Source: Hydrurus foetidus (lineage: Eukaryota). Taken from it: 64,000 bases of DNA. Positions 54,901 to 64,000 of this stretch are shown one piece after another. Positions within the stretch are counted from its first letter, which is position 1. Each line of letters opens with the position of its first letter. The stretch lies in assembly GCA_900617105.1 (NCBI GenBank), contig UYFQ01000673.1, forward strand, positions 1 to 64,000, read 5' to 3'. The translations under genes were made by a program, and so were the position numbers. The notes beneath the pieces are model-generated. The model saw only the letters and a list, made by a program, of their open reading frames with translations. It searched no databases and was not told the origin of the DNA.

Positions 54901-57900
54901 ATCGTCACCATCGGTATCACCGTCAGTTGTAAGCGGCGCCCCTAGTGCTGCACCATCGGTATCACCATCGCAGTCATCGTCACCATCGGTATCACCGTCA
55001 GTTGTAAGCGGCGCCCCTAGTGCTGCACCATCGGTATCACCATCGCAGTCATCGTCACCATCGGTATCACCGTCAGTTGTAAGCGGCGCCCCTAGTGCTG
55101 CACCATCGGTATCACCATCGCAGTCATCGTCACCATCGGTATCACCGTCAGTTGTAAGCGGCGCCCCTAGTGCTGCACCATCGGTATCACCATCGCAGTC
55201 ATCGTCACCATCGGTATCACCGTCAGTTGTAAGCGGCGCCCCTAGTGCTGCACCATCGGTATCACCATCGCAGTCATCGTCACCATCGGTATCACCGTCA
55301 GTTGTAAGCGGCGCCCCTAGTGCTGCACCATCGGTATCACCATCGCAGTCATCGTCACCATCGGTATCACCGTCAGTTGTAAGCGGCGCCCCTAGTGCTG
55401 CACCATCGGTATCACCATCGCAGTCATCGTCACCATCGGTATCACCGTCAGTTGTAAGCGGCGCCCCTAGTGCTGCACCATCGGTATCACCATCGCAGTC
55501 ATCGTCACCATCGGTATCACCGTCACAGTCATCGTCACCATCGGTATCACCGTCAGTTGTAAGCGGCGCCCCTAGTGCTGCACCATCGGTATCACCATCG
55601 CAGTCATCGTCACCATCGGTATCACCGTCAGTTGTAAGCGGCGCCCCTAGTGCTGCACCATCGGTATCACCATCGCAGTCATCGTCACCATCGGTATCAC
55701 CGTCAGTTGTAAGCGGCGCCCCTAGTGCTGCACCATCGGTATCACCATCGCAGTCATCGTCACCATCGGTATCACCGTCAGTTGTAAGCGGCGCCCCTAG
55801 TGCTGCACCATCGGTATCACCATCGCAGTCATCGTCACCATCGGTATCACCGTCAGTTGTAAGCGGCGCCCCTAGTGCTGCACCATCGGTATCACCATCG
55901 CAGTCATCGTCACCATCGGTATCACCGTCAGTTGTAAGCGGCGCCCCTAGTGCTGCACCATCGGTATCACCATCGCAGTCATCGTCACCATCGGTATCAC
56001 CGTCAGTTGTAAGCGGCGCCCCTAGTGCTGCACCATCGGTATCACCATCGCAGTCATCGTCACCATCGGTATCACCGTCAGTTGTAAGCGGCGCCCCTAG
56101 TGCTGCACCATCGGTATCACCATCGCAGTCATCGTCACCATCGGTATCACCGTCAGTTGTAAGCGGCGCCCCTAGTGCTGCACCATCGGTATCACCATCG
56201 CAGTCATCGTCACCATCGGTATCACCATCGCAGTCATCGTCACCATCGGTATCACCGTCAGTTGTAAGCGGCGCCCCTAGTGCTGCACCATCGGTATCAC
56301 CATCGCAGTCATCGTCACCATCGGTATCACCGTCAGTTGTAAGCGGCGCCCCTAGTGCTGCACCATCGGTATCACCATCGCAGTCATCGTCACCATCGGT
56401 ATCACCGTCAGTTGTAAGCGGCGCCCCTAGTGCTGCACCATCGGTATCACCATCGCAGTCATCGTCACCATCGGTATCACCGTCAGTTGTAAGCGGCGCC
56501 CCTAGTGCTGCACCATCGGTATCACCATCGCAGTCATCGTCACCATCGGTATCACCGTCAGTTGTAAGCGGCGCCCCTAGTGCTGCACCATCGGTATCAC
56601 CATCGCAGTCATCGTCACCATCGGTATCACCGTCAGTTGTAAGCGGCGCCCCTAGTGCTGCACCATCGGTATCACCATCGCAGTCATCGTCACCATCGGT
56701 ATCACCGTCAGTTGTAAGCGGCGCCCCTAGTGCTGCACCATCGGTATCACCATCGCAGTCATCGTCACCATCGGTATCACCGTCAGTTGTAAGCGGCGCC
56801 CCTAGTGCTGCACCATCGGTATCACCATCGCAGTCATCGTCACCATCGGTATCACCATCACAGTCATCGTCACCATCGGTATCACCGTCAGTTGTAAGCG
56901 GCGCCCCTAGTGCTGCACCATCGGTATCACCATCGCAGTCATCGTCACCATCGGTATCACCGTCAGTTGTAAGCGGCGCCCCTAGTGCTGCACCATCGGT
57001 ATCACCATCGCAGTCATCGTCACCATCGGTATCACCGTCAGTTGTAAGCGGCGCCCCTAGTGCTGCACCATCGGTATCACCATCGCAGTCATCGTCACCA
57101 TCGGTATCACCGTCAGTTGTAAGCGGCGCCCCTAGTGCTGCACCATCGGTATCACCATCGCAGTCATCGTCACCATCGGTATCACCGTCAGTTGTAAGCG
57201 GCGCCCCTAGTGCTGCACCATCGGTATCACCATCGGTATCACCGTCATTCGCAAGCGAGGCACCCAGTGCTGAGCCATCACAGTCACCATCGGAATCACC
57301 GTCATTCGCAAGCGAGGCACCCAGTGCTGAGCCATCACAGTCACCATCGGAATCACCGTCATTCGCAAGCGAGGCACCCAGTGCTGAGCCATCACAGTCA
57401 CCATCGGAATCACCGTCATTCGCAAGCGAGGCACCCAGTGCTGAGCCATCACAGTCACCATCGGAATCACCGTCATTCGCAAGCGAGGCACCCAGTGCTG
57501 AGCCATCACAGTCACCATCGGAATCACCGTCATTCGCAAGCGAGGCACCCAGTGCTGAGCCATCACAGTCACCATCATCACCAGTTGCAAGCGAGGCACC
57601 CAGTGCTGAGCCATCACAGTCACCATCGGAATCACCGTCATTCGCAAGCGAGGCACCCAGTGCTGAGCCATCACAGTCACCATCGGAATCACCGTCATTC
57701 GCAAGCGGGGCACCCAGTGCTGAGCCATCACAGTCACCATCGGAATCACCGTCATTCGCAAGCGAGGCACCCAGTGCTGAGCCATCACAGTCACCATCGG
57801 AATCACCGTCATTCGCAAGCGAGGCACCCAGTGCTGAGCCATCACAGTCACCATCGGAATCACCGTCATTCGCAAGCGAGGCACCCAGTGCTGAGCCATC

Positions 57901-60900
57901 ACAGTCACCATCGGAATCACCGTCATTCGCAAGCGAGGCACCCAGTGCTGAGCCATCACAGTCACCATCGGAATCACCGTCATTCGCAAGCGAGGCACCC
58001 AGTGCTGAGCCATCACAGTCACCATCGGAATCACCGTCATTCGCAAGCGAGGCACCCAGTGCTGAGCCATCACAGTCACCATCGGAATCACCGTCATTCG
58101 CAAGCGAGGCACCCAGTGCTGAGCCATCACAGTCACCATCGGAATCACCGTCATTCGCAAGCGAGGCACCCAGTGCTGAGCCATCACAGTCACCATCGGA
58201 ATCACCGTCATTCGCAAGCGAGGCACCCAGTGCTGAGCCATCACAGTCACCATCGGAATCACCGTCATTCGCAAGCGAGGCACCCAGTGCTGAGCCATCA
58301 CAGTCACCATCGGAATCACCGTCATTCGCAAGCGAGGCACCCAGTGCTGAGCCATCACAGTCACCATCGGAATCACCGTCATTCGCAAGCGAGGCACCCA
58401 GTGCTGAGCCATCACAGTCACCATCGGAATCACCGTCATTCGCAAGCGAGGCACCCAGTGCTGAGCCATCACAGTCACCATCGGAATCACCGTCATTCGC
58501 AAGCGAGGCACCCAGTGCTGAGCCATCACAGTCACCATCGGAATCACCGTCATTCGCAAGCGAGGCACCCAGTGCTGAGCCATCACAGTCACCATCGGAA
58601 TCACCGTCATTCGCAAGCGAGGCACCCAGTGCTGAGCCATCACAGTCACCATCGGAATCACCGTCATTCGCAAGCGAGGCACCCAGTGCTGAGCCATCAC
58701 AGTCACCATCGGAATCACCGTCATTCGCAAGCGAGGCACCCAGTGCTGAGCCATCACAGTCACCATCGGAATCACCGTCATTCGCAAGCGAGGCACCCAG
58801 TGCTGAGCCATCACAGTCACCATCGGAATCACCGTCATTCGCAAGCGAGGCACCCAGTGCTGAGCCATCACAGTCACCATCGGAATCACCGTCATTCGCA
58901 AGCGAGGCACCCAGTGCTGAGCCATCACAGTCACCATCGGAATCACCGTCATTCGCAAGCGAGGCACCCAGTGCTGAGCCATCACAGTCACCATCGGAAT
59001 CACCGTCATTCGCAAGCGAGGCACCCAGTGCTGAGCCATCACAGTCACCATCGGAATCACCGTCATTCGCAAGCGAGGCACCCAGTGCTGAGCCATCACA
59101 GTCACCATCGGAATCACCGTCATTCGCAAGCGAGGCACCCAGTGCTGAGCCATCACAGTCACCATCGGAATCACCGTCATTCGCAAGCGAGGCACCCAGT
59201 GCTGAGCCATCACAGTCACCATCGGAATCACCGTCATTCGCAAGCGAGGCACCCAGTGCTGAGCCATCACAGTCACCATCGGAATCACCGTCATTCGCAA
59301 GCGAGGCACCCAGTGCTGAGCCATCACAGTCACCATCGGAATCACCGTCATTCGCAAGCGAGGCACCCAGTGCTGAGCCATCACAGTCACCATCGGAATC
59401 ACCGTCATTCGCAAGCGAGGCACCCAGTGCTGAGCCATCACAGTCACCATCGGAATCACCGTCATTCGCAAGCGAGGCACCCAGTGCTGAGCCATCACAG
59501 TCACCATCGGAATCACCGTCATTCGCAAGCGAGGCACCCAGTGCTGAGCCATCACAGTCACCATCGGAATCACCGTCATTCGCAAGCGAGGCACCCAGTG
59601 CTGAGCCATCACAGTCACCATCGGAATCACCGTCATTCGCAAGCGAGGCACCCAGTGCTGAGCCATCACAGTCACCATCGGAATCACCGTCATTCGCAAG
59701 CGAGGCACCCAGTGCTGAGCCATCACAGTCACCATCGGAATCACCGTCATTCGCAAGCGAGGCACCCAGTGCTGAGCCATCACAGTCACCATCGGAATCA
59801 CCGTCATTCGCAAGCGAGGCACCCAGTGCTGAGCCATCACAGTCACCATCGGAATCACCGTCATTCGCAAGCGAGGCACCCAGTGCTGAGCCATCACAGT
59901 CACCATCGGAATCACCGTCATTCGCAAGCGAGGCACCCAGTGCTGAGCCATCACAGTCACCATCGGAATCACCGTCATTCGCAAGCGAGGCACCCAGTGC
60001 TGAGCCATCACAGTCACCATCGGAATCACCGTCATTCGCAAGCGAGGCACCCAGTGCTGAGCCATCACAGTCACCATCGGAATCACCGTCATTCGCAAGC
60101 GAGGCACCCAGTGCTGAGCCATCACAGTCACCATCGGAATCACCGTCATTCGCAAGCGAGGCACCCAGTGCTGAGCCATCACAGTCACCATCGGAATCAC
60201 CGTCATTCGCAAGCGAGGCACCCAGTGCTGAGCCATCACAGTCACCATCGGAATCACCGTCATTCGCAAGCGAGGCACCCAGTGCTGAGCCATCACAGTC
60301 ACCATCGGAATCACCGTCATTCGCAAGCGAGGCACCCAGTGCTGAGCCATCACAGTCACCATCGGAATCACCGTCATTCGCAAGCGAGGCACCCAGTGCT
60401 GAGCCATCACAGTCACCATCGGAATCACCGTCATTCGCAAGCGAGGCACCCAGTGCTGAGCCATCACAGTCACCATCGGAATCACCGTCATTCGCAAGCG
60501 AGGCACCCAGTGCTGAGCCATCACAGTCACCATCGGAATCACCGTCATTCGCAAGCGAGGCACCCAGTGCTGAGCCATCACAGTCACCATCGGAATCACC
60601 GTCATTCGCAAGCGAGGCACCCAGTGCTGAGCCATCACAGTCACCATCGGAATCACCGTCATTCGCAAGCGAGGCACCCAGTGCTGAGCCATCACAGTCA
60701 CCATCGGAATCACCGTCATTCGCAAGCGAGGCACCCAGTGCTGAGCCATCACAGTCACCATCGGAATCACCGTCATTCGCAAGCGAGGCACCCAGTGCTG
60801 AGCCATCACAGTCACCATCGGAATCACCGTCATTCGCAAGCGAGGCACCCAGTGCTGAGCCATCACAGTCACCATCGGAATCACCGTCATTCGCAAGCGA

Positions 60901-63544
60901 GGCACCCAGTGCTGAGCCATCACAGTCACCATCGGAATCACCGTCATTCGCAAGCGAGGCACCCAGTGCTGAGCCATCACAGTCACCATCGGAATCACCG
61001 TCATTCGCAAGCGAGGCACCCAGTGCTGAGCCATCACAGTCACCATCGGAATCACCGTCATTCGCAAGCGAGGCACCCAGTGCTGAGCCATCACAGTCAC
61101 CATCGGAATCACCGTCATTCGCAAGCGAGGCACCCAGTGCTGAGCCATCACAGTCACCATCGGAATCACCGTCATTCGCAAGCGAGGCACCCAGTGCTGA
61201 GCCATCACAGTCACCATCGGAATCACCGTCATTCGCAAGCGAGGCACCCAGTGCTGAGCCATCACAGTCACCATCGGAATCACCGTCATTCGCAAGCGAG
61301 GCACCCAGTGCTGAGCCATCACAGTCACCATCGGAATCACCGTCATTCGCAAGCGAGGCACCCAGTGCTGAGCCATCACAGTCACCATCGGAATCACCGT
61401 CATTCGCAAGCGATGCACCCAGTGCTGAGCCATCACAGTCACCATCGGAATCACCGTCATTCGCAAGCGAGGCACCCAGTGCTGAGCCATCACAGTCACC
61501 ATCGGAATCACCGTCATTCGCAAGCGAGGCACCCAGTGCTGAGCCATCACAGTCACCATCGGAATCACCGTCATTCGCAAGCGAGGCACCCAGTGCTGAG
61601 CCATCACAGTCACCATCGGAATCACCGTCATTCGCAAGCGAGGCACCCAGTGCTGAGCCATCACAGTCACCATCGGAATCACCGTCATTCGCAAGCGAGG
61701 CACCCAGTGCTGAGCCATCACAGTCACCATCGGAATCACCGTCATTCGCAAGCGAGGCACCCAGTGCTGAGCCATCACAGTCACCATCGGAATCACCGTC
61801 ATTCGCAAGCGAGGCACCCAGTGCTGAGCCATCACAGTCACCATCGGAATCACCGTCATTCGCAAGCGAGGCACCCAGTGCTGAGCCATCACAGTCACCA
61901 TCGGAATCACCGTCATTCGCAAGCGAGGCACCCAGTGCTGAGCCATCACAGTCACCATCGGAATCACCGTCATTCGCAAGCGAGGCACCCAGTGCTGAGC
62001 CATCACAGTCACCATCGGAATCACCGTCATTCGCAAGCGAGGCACCCAGTGCTGAGCCATCACAGTCACCATCGGAATCACCGTCATTCGCAAGCGAGGC
62101 ACCCAGTGCTGAGCCATCACAGTCACCATCGGAATCACCGTCATTCGCAAGCGAGGCACCCAGTGCTGAGCCATCACAGTCACCATCATCACCAGGTGAG
62201 GGCGAGGTACCCAGTGCTGAGCCATCACAGTCACCATCATCACCAGGTGAGGGCGAGGTACCCAGTGCTGAGCCATCACAGTCACCATCATCACCAGGTG
62301 AGGGTGAGGTACCTAGTGCTGAGCCATCACAGTCACCATCATCACCAGGTGAGGGCGAGGTACCTAGTGCTGAGCCATCACAGTCACCATCATCACCAGG
62401 TGAGGGCGAGGTACCCAGCGCTGAGCCATCACAGTCACCATCATCACCAGGTGAGGGCGAGGTACCTAGTGCTGAGCCATCACAGTCACCATCATCACCA
62501 GGTGAGGGCGAGGTACCTAGTGCTGAGCCATCACAGTCACCATCATCACCAGGTGAGGGCGAGGCACCTAGTGCTGAGCCATCACAGTCACCATCATCAC
62601 CAGGTGAGGGCGAGGTACCTAGTGCTGAGCCATCACAGTCACCATCATCACCAGGTGAGGGCGAGGTACCTAGTGCTGAGCCATCACAGTCACCATCATC
62701 ACCAGGTGAGGGCGAGGTACCTAGTGCTGAGCCATCACAGTCACCATCATCACCAGGTGAGGGTGAGGTACCTAGTGCTGAGCCATCACAGTCACCATCA
62801 TCACCAGGTGAGGGCGAGGTACCTAGTGCTGAGCCATCACAGTCACCATCATCACCAGGTGAGGGCGAGGTACCTAGTGCTGAGCCATCACAGTCACCAT
62901 CATCACCAGGTGAGGGCGAGGTACCCAGTGCTGAGCCATCACAGTCACCATCATCACCAGGTGAGGGCGAGGTACCTAGTGCTGAGCCATCACAGTCACC
63001 ATCATCACCAGGTGAGGGCGAGGTACCTAGTGCTGAGCCATCACAGTCACCATCATCACCAGGTGAGGGCGAGGTACCTAGTGCTGAGCCATCACAGTCA
63101 CCATCATCACCAGGTGAGGGCGAGGTACCTAGTGCTGAGCCATCACAGTCACCATCATCACCAGGTGAGGGCGAGGTACCTAGTGCTGAGCCATCACAGT
63201 CACCATCATCACCAGGTGAGGGCGAGGTACCTAGTGCTGAGCCATCACAGTCACCATCATCACCAGGTGATATTAATGCGCCCATCTTCGCACCTTCTTT
63301 TGAATTCCCGTCTTCTCGACCTTCTTTTCGTTCTTCGTCCCCCACGTCTAACGTCACTAACATCCGTCAGAATGTAGCTGTGAACCAAAGAAATACATTT
63401 TTGAGTGATGATAAGACCAGAACTTATTTCATCGTAGGAACGTCTATTGGATCGTTCGTACTCTTGGTTCTGTGTGCACTAATAGCTGTCAAATATTGTG
63501 CATCTCCCTGTTGCTCTCCGAAAACCATTGAGGAGATAATCTGA
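15973..63544 (+). CDS. Giant mucin-like type I membrane protein (about 15,850 aa): signal peptide, NHL beta-propeller, Ser/Pro repeat stalk, TM helix, short tail; frame interrupted by indels in the repeats
   Basis: ATG at 15973/15982 followed by WFVILLLVA...AKA. The NHL region runs in frame into the SP repeats. All repeat units are multiples of 3 with a stop-free SP frame. The last block runs in frame into ...[41 protein letters not shown], with TGA at 63542-63544. Confidence 0.85.
16156..17106 (+). other. Six NHL repeats (six-bladed beta-propeller)
   Basis: Six blades such as [26 protein letters not shown] and [26 protein letters not shown], with STVAGNG..YSGDG linkers. Confidence 0.93.
17188..23720 (+). 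repeat. Coding repeat block A: 87 bp, 29 aa ([29 protein letters not shown]), about 75 copies
   Basis: Same phase at 18961 and 20701 (20 x 87). An FQPTSA variant occurs in the 5' copies. Confidence 0.97.
24730..57240 (+). repeat. Coding repeat block B: 75 bp, 25 aa ([25 protein letters not shown]), roughly 430 copies
   Basis: The pattern recurs every 300 bp (4 x 75) and is nearly invariant over 32.5 kb. Confidence 0.97.
57241..62180 (+). repeat. Coding repeat block C: 57 bp, 19 aa ([19 protein letters not shown]), about 87 copies
   Basis: Unit TCGGAATCACCGTCATTCGCAAGCGAGGCACCCAGTGCTGAGCCATCACAGTCACCA. Confidence 0.97.
62181..63270 (+). repeat. Coding repeat block D: 51 bp, 17 aa ([17 protein letters not shown]), about 21 copies
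   Basis: Same phase at 62221 and 63241 (20 x 51). Variation is mostly synonymous (CCC/CCT, GGC/GGT, AGT/AGC). Confidence 0.97.
63425..63490 (+). other. Predicted transmembrane helix of the giant protein
   Basis: [22 protein letters not shown] (22 aa) followed by Lys. Confidence 0.88.
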
Positions 63545-64000
63545 AACTTAAACTTCGAAAATGTTTCTCCTATGTGGACTGTACAAAGTAAAATCGCGAT
63601 TCTTATTATGACAAAAACAGTGAATAATTGGGGGTGTAATTTCACGGAAATTCAAATGTCGTAATAGATCTCGTCTATCACAATCATAACACTTTAAGTG
63701 ACTACACAATTATCAAAGCAGACCGAGGGCGTTGCACACTACACTGCCAAATGAGAACAAAAATGTCACGGTACTTTTTTGAAGATTCTTGTTTGAATGT
63801 CAATTTTTTAGAAATAGTTTTATAAATATTTGAGTAGAAATTGCCGTGATAAATCAGACTACTTTGATACACCTTATTGTACCACCGAAAATAGATCACG
63901 TGCAATACTTCTGTTCGTGTCCAGGATAGCTACTTTAGTAGGCTTCTTTATATTAGACAAATGAAATTTATTATTTATCAATTAAATTTTGCGTAATTTC

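Noticed and set aside
17188..63270. Non-coding centromeric or telomeric satellite
   Set aside because: All four unit lengths are multiples of 3, share a stop-free SP frame, and are fused in frame to coding ends.
24678..63363. Antisense Asp/Gly-rich ORFs ([10 protein letters not shown]) up to 5902 aa, and the MTVIPMV ORF
   Set aside because: These mirror the Ser/Pro codons on the other strand. They have no signal peptide, domain or distinctive unique termini, whereas the plus SP frame has both a head and a TM anchor.
57210..63377. 2055-aa His-rich ORF on the plus strand
   Set aside because: It is an off-frame reading of blocks C and D and stops at 63377, before the TM segment. Variation in block D is mostly synonymous in the SP frame.
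63424..63905. Short minus-strand ORFs at the window end
   Set aside because: They are antisense to the TM exon or lie in AT-rich 3' flank, with no recognisable features.

Overview
Eukaryotic, transposon-rich DNA; the gag type and the PS-rich repeats suggest a protist such as a stramenopile alga, which is inference only. Positions 1-15.7 kb are a stack of decayed mobile elements. These are a chromodomain Ty3/Gypsy LTR retrotransposon abutting a PIF/Harbinger transposase remnant, a Copia-like gag pseudogene, a TA-flanked MITE, and two related TIR elements inserted back-to-back at a CC/CCCG target. The second TIR element carries about 16 copies of a 152-bp repeat. The rest of the window (15973-63544) looks like one giant, apparently intronless gene of about 47.5 kb and about 15,850 codons. 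It encodes a signal peptide, six NHL repeats (beta-propeller), about 46 kb of Ser/Pro-rich tandem repeats in four successive blocks (87, 75, 57 and 51 bp units), one transmembrane helix and a 17-aa Cys-rich tail. This reads as a giant mucin-like type I surface protein that the ORF track breaks into pieces. Scattered frameshifts inside the repeats split the frame and may be assembly errors.
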